DNA from: an uncultured Planctomycetota bacterium
GTDB taxonomy: Bacteria > Planctomycetota > Planctomycetia > Isosphaerales > Isosphaeraceae
Assembly: GCA_963845755.1 (NCBI GenBank)
Contig: CAWJTV010000039.1
Coordinates: 192,001 to 256,000 of the forward strand
Length of the DNA: 64,000 nucleotides
Direction of reading: 5' to 3'
Part shown: positions 10,523 to 19,908 of the stretch, piece after piece
Layout: every line of letters begins with the position of its first letter
How positions within the stretch are numbered: the stretch's first letter is position 1
Translations under genes and position numbers: made by a program
Notes under the pieces: generated by a model
The model's input: the letters and a program-made list of their open reading frames with translations, nothing else
Database searches by the model: none
Told to the model about the DNA's origin: nothing

Positions 10523-11062
10523 GTGGAGAAGCGCACATGGGCCTCTGTCACGGGCGATCCGTGTAGTTGCGGGTTCCTGGAACGAGCCGCAGATGACCCG
10601 AACCTGCCCATCCGATTTGACCCATTGGTGGGCGAGTACCACTTTGAATTCCCCAGTCCGTGCGCCGGGGAGGCCTGCCCTGAAGCCAAGGCGCAGCTCA
10701 CGATCTACCACTGCCCGTTCTGCGGAGGCGCCGCCCCGCCCTCCAAGAGGGATACCCTGTTCACTAACATCTCGGACCAGGACGCGGCGCGGCTGTACCG
10801 GCTGTTCGAGGGGATGGACACGCTTGAAGAAGTGGTCCGTGCTCTGGGGCCGCCGGACGATGACATGGAGCGGGGACTGACGGTGAGGGAACCGGAGAAG
10901 GAGGGCAAGCCTCCGACATTACGGACCTATCGGACCCTGCGCTACACTCGGCTATCGGACAATGCCGATGTTGAGGCATATGCCGATCCGGCCAAGGGCA
11001 ACGTACAGGTCGCGCTGGTGGGCAAGTACATCGGGCCGCCCATCGAACAAGCGCCAGACTAA
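10523..11062 (+). CDS. Hypothetical Cys-rich protein (DUF6980-like IYHCPFCG motif)
   Basis: GTG start after GAGG; CSC...IYHCPFCGG; C-terminal EEVVRALGPPD segment. Confidence 0.65.
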   Translation: MEKRTWASVTGDPCSCGFLERAADDPNLPIRFDPLVGEYHFEFPSPCAGEACPEAKAQLTIYHCPFCGGAAPPSKRDTLFTNISDQDAARLYRLFEGMDTLEEVVRALGPPDDDMERGLTVREPEKEGKPPTLRTYRTLRYTRLSDNADVEAYADPAKGNVQVALVGKYIGPPIEQAPD

Positions 11063-11096
11063 CGGGCTCCCCAGCAACCCGTCCACCACGAGGGAC

Positions 11097-11127
11097 GGAA
11101 ACGGTGATTCATAGTTGAGACTTACCA
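11097..11127. repeat. Type-B site, copy 2
   Basis: GGAAACGGTGA-TTCATAGT-TGAGACTTACC-A, 28/31 identical to copy 3. Confidence 0.85.
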
Positions 11128-11244
11128 CCGGGCTCCGGTCCGGCCACGAAGCGCAAGCGGTGATCCAGAAACGAGGCTTGACAGCCTCCTGGCTATACGA
11201 TTGCTTCGGGTGAAGTTCAAGGTGCGGCGGAGGCATGGAACGCA

Positions 11245-12135
11245 ATGATGGACGACTCGGGGATGATTGTGGCCCAGTGGCTCTACGCGTCAGTCGAGCA
11301 TTTCGACGAGACGAAAGACCGGCCAAAAGGGATTAGCGGCATCCTGGCCATCGATCCCGATGGAGGCGATTGGCGGTTGGTCGCTGAGCGTAGGCGGATA
11401 AGCAATCTGCGGCTCACTCGTGATGGGGAGACTCTCGCGTTCCTGGAGGACCAGCCGGACCCGAACCTCTGGATTCTCGGCCGTCAATTCGGCTCTGTAC
11501 CCAAGCTGGTGACCCGTCTTATCGGGTTTGCCTCCTTCGTCTGGTCGAGCACGGGCGAGGAGTTCTTCGTCACTCTCAGAGGTCCGGCTGCCCGCCAGGC
11601 AGGTCGGGAAGGGGCCTGGCGCGTCGATACGAGCGGCTCGAATTGGAGACGACTCCTCCTCCAAGAGAGCGAACGGGTTCAAGATTGCTCGCCGGACGGC
11701 CAATGGCTTCTGACCAGTTCCTTCGGCTCCCCGAGGATCAAGATCGTCCGCCCAGACGAGACCGACTTGCGAGACCTGACCGGGCCGGGAGAGAAATGCA
11801 TTCGACCGCGCTTCTCGCCGGATGGGAGCCGCATCGTCTATGCGTCGCCGACAGACCACGGCGAGTCGCTCTGGGTGTTGGATTTGGGCAGGTGGGAACG
11901 CCGGCTGCTCCGGCCCGAATCCCAGGTCACGATCGTGGCGTCTTGGTCACCGGACGGCTCGCGGCTCGCGCTGAAATTGGTGGATTGCGTCTATGACGAT
12001 CGCGGTAAGCTGACGGTACCGAGCAACGACCTATCTCGGATGAGGCCACGGATCGAGATCATGGACGCGGACGGGGGTGGCCGCCGTCCGCTCAATCTGC
12101 CGCCAGGCAGGATTCTCCTCGGAGATTGGCGCTGA
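11245..12135 (+). CDS. TolB-like (PD40) beta-propeller protein
   Basis: Repeated CSPDGQWL, FSPDGSRIVY and WSPDGSRLA motifs. Confidence 0.8.
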   Translation: MMDDSGMIVAQWLYASVEHFDETKDRPKGISGILAIDPDGGDWRLVAERRRISNLRLTRDGETLAFLEDQPDPNLWILGRQFGSVPKLVTRLIGFASFVWSSTGEEFFVTLRGPAARQAGREGAWRVDTSGSNWRRLLLQESERVQDCSPDGQWLLTSSFGSPRIKIVRPDETDLRDLTGPGEKCIRPRFSPDGSRIVYASPTDHGESLWVLDLGRWERRLLRPESQVTIVASWSPDGSRLALKLVDCVYDDRGKLTVPSNDLSRMRPRIEIMDADGGGRRPLNLPPGRILLGDWR

Positions 12136-12144
12136 GTGACAAGT

Positions 12145-12175
12145 AGAAAGGGTGATTCATAGTTGAGACTTTCCA
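12145..12175. repeat. Type-B site, copy 3
   Basis: AGAAAGGGTGA-TTCATAGT-TGAGACTTTCC-A fills most of the 50-bp gap between two genes. Confidence 0.85.
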
Positions 12176-12185
12176 GGAGCGAGCC

Positions 12186-12494
12186 ATGCGACTACCCCGC
12201 GTGAGGTGTACCCTGCGGTCGATCATGATCGCACTGGGGATCTTGGCCTTGCTCCTGGGAACGGAACGGCTTCTGTTTCATTATGCGGTGAGCCTGGTGG
12301 CATCACATAATGATTATCTCTGGAACGAGGCGGTAACCGTCTGGGTGACCCTGAACATCGCGCTGTCTCTCCCCATCGGGCTGTCAGCCGCCATTGTCCG
12401 GGCCGCAACGAAAGACCAGGCCGAGGCACGTAGAGCGCATCGGGTGAACCATAGGTCACCCTTTCCATTCCCGGCGGCGACTCGGCCGCGCTGA
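12186..12494 (+). CDS. Small two-helix membrane protein
   Basis: AGGAG RBS; MRLPRVRCTLRSIMIA leader; two hydrophobic segments. Confidence 0.65.
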   Translation: MRLPRVRCTLRSIMIALGILALLLGTERLLFHYAVSLVASHNDYLWNEAVTVWVTLNIALSLPIGLSAAIVRAATKDQAEARRAHRVNHRSPFPFPAATRPR

Positions 12495-12552
12495 GGTCGA
12501 GGAGCTGACACCCCCGCGTAGCTCCTATCCGCATGACCACCTCTGCTCGGTG

Positions 12553-12578
12553 GTAAATCAAACGAGGGTTTACCTTAC
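12553..12578. repeat. Type-A site, copy 3
   Basis: GTAAATCAAAC-GAGG-GTTTACCTTAC, 22/26 identical to copy 1; similarity extends into the following A-AT-GG. Confidence 0.75.
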
Positions 12579-13033
12579 ATATGGGCCGCCGCCCACGCCG
12601 GGTCGGTTTTCCCCGGCTCTTGGTGTAAAGCAATTCGGTAAAGAAATCAAAGTAAGTATCCACGAAGCTACGACGGGTTTCTTGACTATTGCAATGGCGG
12701 GGGGCAGGGCGTGAGCTGGCGGAACGGATGAAGCTGCGGGCGAGCGGTCGCTGAACGTCGCCATTGCGGCAGAATGTGAATTTCGATGGACTGAGCTGCC
12801 GTCGATCACGCAGTCTGGCGTCACATTCCGGACGAATCGGCACTCTTGTGATACCGATCGGGAAATCAGAGCCATCTTCGATCGTCTGGAGGGAGCCACC
12901 CGAGCTGTCGTCGATCCTGGCCTCTCCTTCTGAAGCGCATGTCTCAGACCGTTTCATCTTTTGTCTTGTTCTCAACAAGGCGATAGACTCACAAATCAGC
13001 GTCTCCTTCGCCTTTTGATCACGCTCGAGGAGG

Positions 13034-13661
13034 ATGGTAGGGCATCCTCCTCGAGCTTTCCCTTGGGAGCAGTACCTCCCGTGGGCGCCGGTCAGGGTAC
13101 GCCAAAGCACGGCACTTCGGCCAGAGGGCGCCGACCGCGCCCGCGGATTTGTTTCCGCAAGGGGTGTGGACGCAAGTATCAGCCCCGCCGCTGGAACCAG
13201 CGCTACTGCCAGGACCCGCAATGTCAGCGGGAGGTCCACCGCTGGCAGGCAGCGCGCCGGCAAGCCCGACATCGCCAGCACGCCCAGGCCAGAGCCCAGC
13301 ATGCCCAGGCGGAAAAAGCGCGCCGTCAGCGAGCGAAGTCTGCGTCCCAGACCATTGAGAGCTCAGAAGTTACGCCGGCGCGTGGTCACGCAGCAGAAGA
13401 TTTTTTTCTCCGCCGTTATGCGATCGGCCGGGCTGCCATGAGCACCCCGTGAGCTCGCCCCGCAACCCCGCCCGCTACTGCGGCCCTGCCTGCCGGCAGG
13501 CCGTTCGCAATGTCCAGGACCGGGAACGCAAGTGGCTTTCCCGCGGCACCTCGGATGGGCGGAAGAAGCGCGCCATCGAGTACCAGGCCGCACGAAGGCG
13601 CCGCATCGTTCGATCAGGCCATCTCACCAACTCGGCACCATCGCGACCACCTCCCCAATGA
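13034..13661 (+). CDS. IS accessory protein with two Cys4 zinc-finger-like units (-1 frameshift at T7; start uncertain)
   Basis: CFRKGC...RYCQDPQC in one frame and CDRPGC...RYCGPAC in the -1 frame, each followed by an Arg-rich helix. Confidence 0.6.
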
Positions 13662-13756
13662 CGGTCCTCCCCAGGCGGCGCCGGTCGTCACTTATCGCGT
13701 GGCCATCCGCCGCGCTGGTTTGCTGGAGCCGGTGGTTTTCCCTCAGGAGTTCCAGC

Positions 13757-14166
13757 ATGCCTGCGACACCCATCCTCGTCCCCGCGCGACTGCGGCGTCC
13801 CCCCAGACCGGTTGGTCCTGGGTCGACCGTCGCTTCGTGCGCGAGCACGCCGCGCACCTCTCCCGCGACGCCGTGCTGCTGTACTTCACCCTCTGTGCCG
13901 TGGCCGACAAGCACGGGTTGTCGTTCTATGGCGACGCCACCATGGCCGCCATGGTGCGGATGAACTTGCCGGCCCTGATGGCCGCCCGTGAGGAATTGCT
14001 CGCCCGCGATCTCATCGCCCATGAGACGCGTTTCACTCAGGTGCTCTCCCTGCCGCCAGCCGGCCAACGCCGCGGTGAGTCCGGCGGAGGACTGATGTCT
14101 CTGGGCGAGATCTTGCGCCAGGCCGCCGCACTCCCTCAGCTCGACGACGAAAGGAGCCTGCCATGA
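13757..14166 (+). CDS. IS accessory winged-HTH-like protein (frameshift near 13800)
   Basis: AGGAG RBS; MPATPILVPARLRRPP joins GWSWVDRRFVRE...LLYFTLCAVADKHGLSFYGD...LIAH; stop overlaps the istA start (ATGA). Confidence 0.65.
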
Positions 14167-15674
14167 ACGTCGGTTTGTGGGCGGAGATCCGCCGCCTGGC
14201 CGAGATCGACAAGCTCTCCACCCGGGCCATTGCGCGACGACTCCACTGCGCCCGGCGGACCGTGACCGCGGCCCTCCAGCGGGATCATCCCTCGCGCCCC
14301 CCCGTGCACGCCGCGCCAGTCTTTTGGACCCGTACAAGGCCAAGATCAACGCCTTGGTGGAAAAGTGTCCCGAACTCTCGGCGGTGCGAATCCGCGAGGA
14401 GATCGCCCGCGGGCCCGACGGTTATACCGGCAGTACGATCCTCGTGCGTCGCTATCTCCGGACCATCCGCCCGGCTCGCGGACGGATCTACCAGGAGGTC
14501 CATTACGAGCCGGCCCAGGCCATGCAGGTGGACTGGGGCGAGTGCGGTCACGTCCAACTCGGGACCACGACCCGCAAGGTCTCGGTCTTCGTGGCCGTGC
14601 TCTGCTACAGCCGCCTGATGTTCATCGAGTTCACGCTGTCGCAGCGCAAGGCCGAGTTCTATCGCGGCGTGGTGCACGCCCTGGAGTTCTTCGGCGGCAG
14701 TCCCCGCGCCCTGATCGTCAACAACTTGAAAGCCGCCGTCCTCAACGGCTCGGGCCGCACCGCCTGTTTCCATCCCGAGTTCCTGGCGCTGTGCGGTCAC
14801 TTCTGCCTGCAGCCGATCGCTTGCGAACGACGCGACCCGGAATCCAAAGGGATCGTCGAGGGGGCCGTGCGCGTACGTCAAGCACAACGCCTTGGCCGGC
14901 CGTGGGGCGGAGCTGACGGGCTTCGAGGACTACCTGGCTCTGGCACCACTGTGGCGTGACCAGGTGGCCAACGTGCGGCTCCATGAGACGACCAAAGAGC
15001 GGCCGGTCGATCGCTTCCTGCGTGAGCGCCCGCGGCTGCGCCCGTTGCCGGCGATCCCGTTGGACACCGACGAGGTCGTGGCCGCGGTCGTCAGTCCCCA
15101 TGCGCGGGTCGAGTTCGACGGCAACCGCTATTCGACACCGCCGAAGTTCGCTCGCCGGGCGGTCACGATCCGCGCCGACCGCGACGCGGTCCGCGTCCTC
15201 CACGAGGGTCAGGTGCTGACCCAGCATGTCCGTTGCTACCAGCGGGGACAGTTGATGGTCCGGCCGGACCATCGCACTGCCGCGCTGGCCCTGGGCCGTC
15301 GGGCTCGGAGCACCGCGCTGGAACAGACGTTTGACGCGTTGGGGCCCGAGGCACGCCAGTTCCACCTCGGCCTGCGGCGTCAGCCGATCAAGACCGGCGT
15401 TCACCTGCGTCGCTTACTCGGCCTGGCCCAACTCTACGGGGCCACCGAACTGCTCTCCGCCATCGCGGAGGCCCTGGAACTGGCGATCTACGATGCTGCG
15501 GCGGTCGAGAACCTCCTGTTGGCCCAACGGCGACGGCGGCAACTCCCGACCCCCACGTTGCCCACGCCCCGGCGGCGCGAATTGATCGATGAGATCGAAC
15601 TGGAACCGGCCGATCCCAGCTTCTACGATCGCTTCTGCACTCACACCGCGGAGGACGCTCATGGCACGACGTGA
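14163..15674 (+). CDS. istA: IS21 transposase IstA (two frameshifts)
   Basis: N-terminal HTH, QAMQVDWG, LCYSR, (D/N)NLKAAV, PESKGIVE, VEFDGNRYS motifs. Confidence 0.92.
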
Positions 15675-16431
15675 GGACAATCTCCAGACCCGATTGGACC
15701 GCGATCTGGCCGAATTGAAGTTGCCCGAGATCGCCAAAGCCTACCGCGAAGTGCTGGATGACGCCGCGCGCAAGGGGAGCTCGATGCTGGAAGTCCTGGC
15801 GACTCTGATCGGCCTGGAGCAAGCCGCCCGTCAGCAACGCGCCCTCCAGCGGCGGCTGTGCGAGGCCCGGCTGCCCAAGTTGAAAACCCTGGCCGAATAT
15901 GATTTCACCTTTCCCAAGCGGATTCCCAAGGCAACGATCCTGCGGTTGTTCGACTGCGACTTCATCCCCCGCCATGGCTGCGCCGTGCTGATCGGCCCGA
16001 CCGGAACCGGAAAGTCGCATCTCCTCACGGCGTTGGGTTACACGGCGGCCGAGCGCGGCTACTCGGTCCGCCATACACGGGTCGTGGACATGATCAATCA
16101 TCTCACCACGGCCCAGATCAACGGTCTGCTGGGCAAGGCGCTCAAGACCTACGTCCGTCCCAGTCTGCTCCTGCTCGATGAGCTGGGCTATCTGCCCATC
16201 GACAAGCGCGGGGCCGATCTGTTGTTCCAGGTGGTCGCGGCCCGTTATGAATCCGGATCGATCGTCCTATCGACGAATCGACCCTTCCGGGAATGGGGCG
16301 CCCTGTTCGACGTGGACAACACCCTGGCCACGGCCTTGATCGACCGGCTGATGCATCACGGGGAGGCACTGGTGATTCAAGGAGATAGCTATCGGATGAG
16401 AGACAAAGATTCTGATTCGACCAGCGCGTGA
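15661..16431 (+). CDS. istB: IS21 helper AAA+ ATPase IstB
   Basis: Walker A GPTGTGKSHL, Walker B LLLLDELGY, STNRPF, ALIDRLMHH, GDSYR. Confidence 0.95.
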   Translation: MARREDNLQTRLDRDLAELKLPEIAKAYREVLDDAARKGSSMLEVLATLIGLEQAARQQRALQRRLCEARLPKLKTLAEYDFTFPKRIPKATILRLFDCDFIPRHGCAVLIGPTGTGKSHLLTALGYTAAERGYSVRHTRVVDMINHLTTAQINGLLGKALKTYVRPSLLLLDELGYLPIDKRGADLLFQVVAARYESGSIVLSTNRPFREWGALFDVDNTLATALIDRLMHHGEALVIQGDSYRMRDKDSDSTSA

Positions 16432-16923
16432 ATCGGCGCGGCGCGTCCACGTCCGGAGCGGGTATTCCCCGCGAAGTGAGCATCCTTTGGCGTTAGTGAC
16501 CGGGATGTCCAGCCCACCCTTGAGCCAGCCCGGCGATCCTGCCGGGCTGTTGGTTCAAGCGGCCGGTTCCTTGAACAGCGGGCTCGCGTCGGCCCCAGGC
16601 CCTGGTCCAGGATCCGCCAGCAGCTCCAAGTAGGGGCTTCGTCTTGGCGACCTGGTCATCCTGTGGTGGCCCGCGGCGGTCCACGGCGAGTGAATTGGCG
16701 GTGGTCCCGTCCCCAACGTCGGACTCACGGAGCAGGAACGCCTGGCCGGTCCGTCCGCGTCTCGCGACGTCACGACACAGATTGAGACCGACCTCACTCC
16801 GCGCATTTGACCGCGTGCCGAGCGGCGTGGCCGCATGCGCCGATCGTCTTGGACCTCACTCGAGCGCCCCTTGTGGCTCCGTCTTCACGATCAAAAGTGG
16901 CTCTCATTTCCAGATCGGTCCCA

Positions 16924-17270
16924 CTCTTGCTACTCTGCAAGAGCTTGCGGCTCAAGGCGCCGCAAATTAGCCCGATCGTCGCGACGACGAACGAGAAGAT
17001 GGCCAGCTTAAGGATTGAGGCGTAGGTGTTCGGATGAAGGGTGTCGGGCAGATCGAATATACGCTTGATCATATGGGCGGATGGGAGGCCGATCCACATT
17101 CCTGCCGTCGCAAGCCACCCCTGCCACCCCCATTTTGCACCGGCCGCGAGTGTCACGGCCAAGAGCGAGGTGACGATGATGATGGGGCTGACCTCGCCCG
17201 AGAATGCGAAGTTATCCACCAGGGCAATGCCCAGCCCGACAGCGAGGCCGATCCACAGCCGCGTGCTCAT
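16924..17270 (-). CDS. Four-helix membrane protein whose 3' end is interrupted by the IS21 element
   Basis: MSTRLWIGLAVGLG...LICGALSRKLLQSSK; removing the IS and one CTCTTG restores ...KSADSSGM* ending near 12821. Confidence 0.7.
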
Positions 17271-17439
17271 CAGATGCATTTGATTATTCCTGAGATTGAC
17301 TTCGACACATCGAAAAAGGGATGGCGATGTGCCAGCCACTCTAATTAACTTTGCATTGCAAAGCAATATCGCAGGCCGAAACTTGTCATCCGATTATCGC
17401 GTGATTGCACGCAGTCGTCTTGGTTGTAGGCGGCCCGCT

Positions 17440-17797
17440 GAAGGAACCGCTGACGGGCTATCACGTCGCGTTCATGTCGCAGGTATCGCAGTCGGTGGCG
17501 TGCACCGGCCTGCACCGGCTGGTGCAACGCTGCTGTCGCTGGCTGCGGATGACCCGCGACCGGGTCGGTTCGGACGAATTGCGACTAACATACGAATATA
17601 TGTCGATGATTCTGAGAGCCCGGAGGGCGGGCGTGACGGAGGCGTTGAGGCCGCTACAGGAGGCGGGGGTGGTGCGGTCGCATCGTGGCCGGATCACGAT
17701 CCTGGACGGAGCGGGTCTGGAAGCTCGTGCGTGCGAGTACTATTTCGTGGTGCGGGATGAATACGATCAACTGCTGGGCGACGCCTGGCATGCGTGA
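17440..17797 (+). pseudogene. C-terminal HTH fragment of a Crp/Fnr regulator
   Basis: QSVAC..LH...QRCCRWL...LT.E.MSM.L..RRAGVTEAL...RGRITILD..GLE..ACE; cNMP-binding domain absent. Confidence 0.75.
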
Positions 17798-18032
17798 CCA
17801 CTCGTTCTGAGATCAATCACGAATGCGATGTCATGTGTAGCGACTCGCAAACATCCGAGGGCGGAATCGCCAAGAGGGCTGTTCGCCGGGTGCAATTCAC
17901 ATTCCCAATCTGCATGGATTTTGAGAGACCGTGACTAAATGGCGGTGTGCCGTTTGCATGGATGGTTCGGCTTGGGCCTGTCGATTTTGGGCGGCAGCCT
18001 GCACGATCACCACAACCGAGGGAGAGGGTGGC

Positions 18033-18353
18033 ATGGCACACGAGCAATATCGAAGCTGCATCGAAGCATGTGTGACTTGTGCACAGGCGTGTGAGCACTG
18101 CGGGGATGCCTGCATCGGGCACGCGGAAATGGCCGGATGTGTCCGCACCTGCCGCGACTGTGCGGCGCTGTGCTGGACGTGCTCCGGTTCCATGAGCCGG
18201 GGTTCGGCCCTGGCGGCGGCGATCTGCCGGGTCTGTGCCGAGGCGTGCGACCAGTGTGCGGTCGAGTGCTCGAAGCACCAGGCCGAGCACTGTCGGCGGT
18301 GTGCGGAGGCGTGCCGCCGCTGTGCCGAAGAATGCCGGAAGATGGCGGCGTGA
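18033..18353 (+). CDS. Cys-rich four-helix bundle copper-binding/storage protein (DUF326/Csp-like)
   Basis: Repeated CxxxC/CxxC: CIEACVTCAQACEHC...CRRCAEACRRCAEEC. Confidence 0.88.
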   Translation: MAHEQYRSCIEACVTCAQACEHCGDACIGHAEMAGCVRTCRDCAALCWTCSGSMSRGSALAAAICRVCAEACDQCAVECSKHQAEHCRRCAEACRRCAEECRKMAA

Positions 18354-18399
18354 GCGGGCGACCGTGAGGAGGCTATTGCTGAATCCGTGGAGTGCCGAT

Positions 18400-19843
18400 A
18401 TGAACTCGATTCCACAATCCGAAACCGCTGCCTTGGTCATCGGCGCCGGTCCCGTCGGACTGACGATGGCCTGCGAACTGCTCCGTTACGGCATTCCCTG
18501 CCTTGTCATCGAACAGAATGAGGGGCCTCATCGACGTCTTGAAGTCGCGTGGTGGTGCGGTCGAATGGCGAACGCATCTGACCGGCCTCCAGGGCGATGA
18601 ATGTGTCCGCGCAACGCTTAGCGGTCCGGACGGGACGGAGCAAACCGTGCGCACACGCTGGCTCATCGGGTGCGACGGGGCACGGAGTACCGTTCGCCAC
18701 GAGTTGAACCTCCCGTTCCAGGGAGCGGAGTACGAGGAGACCTTCTATTTGGCCGATGTCCGGATCGACTGGGAGCAGCCCGACGACGAGGCCACAGTGA
18801 TCCTCGACAAGGAAATCCAGGTCGGCGCCTTCCCGCTACCGGAGCCGGGGCGCTGGCGACTCGTTGACGCGCGCGCGACGATCGGTACTGATGATCCTCC
18901 GCTGGCCGTCGAGCGCCTCCAAGGCCTGCTCAACTCCCACGGATTCCCGAACGCTCGCGTCAGCGACCCGGTCTGGGTCTCGTCCTTTCGCATTCACCGC
19001 CGCGTCGTCGATCGGTTTCGCGTCGGGAGCTGCCTGGTAGCCGGAGACGCGGCGCACATCCATAGCCCCGCGGGAGGGCAGGGCATGAACACCGGCATTC
19101 AGGAGGCGTGCAATCTCGCCTGGAAGCTCGGATTGGTTCACGCCGGCGTGGCGCGCGACCCCGAAGGGTTGCTGGATTCCTACGACGCCGAGCGGCGACC
19201 GATCGCCTTGGACGTCCTGCGGGGGACCGATCTGGCCACGCGAGCCGTCACCCTGCGCAATCCTTTGCTGGAATCACTCCGCAATCGACTCGCGTCGTTC
19301 CTGAGCGAATTCGATTTCGTCCGGCAACGGGTTTCGGTGGGAATCTCTGAGCTTGGGGTCAACTACCGAAGGAGCCCTATCGTCGCCGAGGACCGCCCCG
19401 GCGCCATGGGCCTTCACGCCTTTCCCGGCCCCCGGGCCGGCGATCGCGTCCCCGATGTCGCACTCGACCCGGCGGCGAACGATGGTACGGCGCGGCTGTT
19501 CGACCGCCTGCGGGGCACGGGCCACCACCTTCTGCTCTTCGAGGGGGACCGTCCCTCGGCGGACGTCCATGAGAAGCTCGGCGCCCTGGCGCGGCAGGTC
19601 TGCGACCGCGCGGGCGCGTGGATCGAGCCACAGCTCGTGATCGGCGCGGCAAGCAGGCCGGCGTCGCTCTCCTGGGATGGCCGAGTCGTTCTGGACGTCG
19701 ACCGGTCCCTCCATCACCGCTTCGGCGCCGGTGCAGCTTGTCTGTACCTCACGCGTCCGGACGGCTATGTCGGCTACCGGAGCGAGGCCGTCGACGCGGA
19801 ACGGCTCTGGGCGTACCTCGATCGAATCTTCGTCACGGGTTGA
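18400..19843 (+). pseudogene. FAD-dependent monooxygenase (FAD_binding_3) with apparent internal deletion and frameshift
   Basis: VIGAGPVG, IGCDGARSTVR, AGDAAHIHSPAGGQGMNTG, RPDGYV motifs; the segment normally following ..IEQNEG is missing. Confidence 0.75.
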
Positions 19844-19908
19844 GGAAGTCCATACACACCCACTGTCCTGCGGCGTGGTCACCCGCGCCGATTCTCAGGT
19901 CGTCGCTG

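Larger units (their letters stand above)
12849..16923 (+). mobile_element. IS21-family element (4075 bp) with two accessory genes
   Basis: TG...CA ends; ~50-bp imperfect inverted repeats (TGATACCGATCGGGAAATCAGAGCCA... vs TGGGACCGATCTGGAAATGAGAGCCA...) with internal GAGCCA repeats; target duplication CTCTTG at 12843-12848 and 16924-16929; istA/istB inside. Confidence 0.92.

Noticed and set aside
9516..12578. A/B sites as CRISPR repeats, attC or chromosomal dif
   Set aside because: The intervals are whole genes, there are no RYYYAAC/GTTRRRY boxes, and there is no match to the XerD arm TTATGTTAAAT.
16432..16870. Extra gene or guide RNA in the IS21 3' region
   Set aside because: No convincing ORF, repeat array or recognisable RNA motif by eye.
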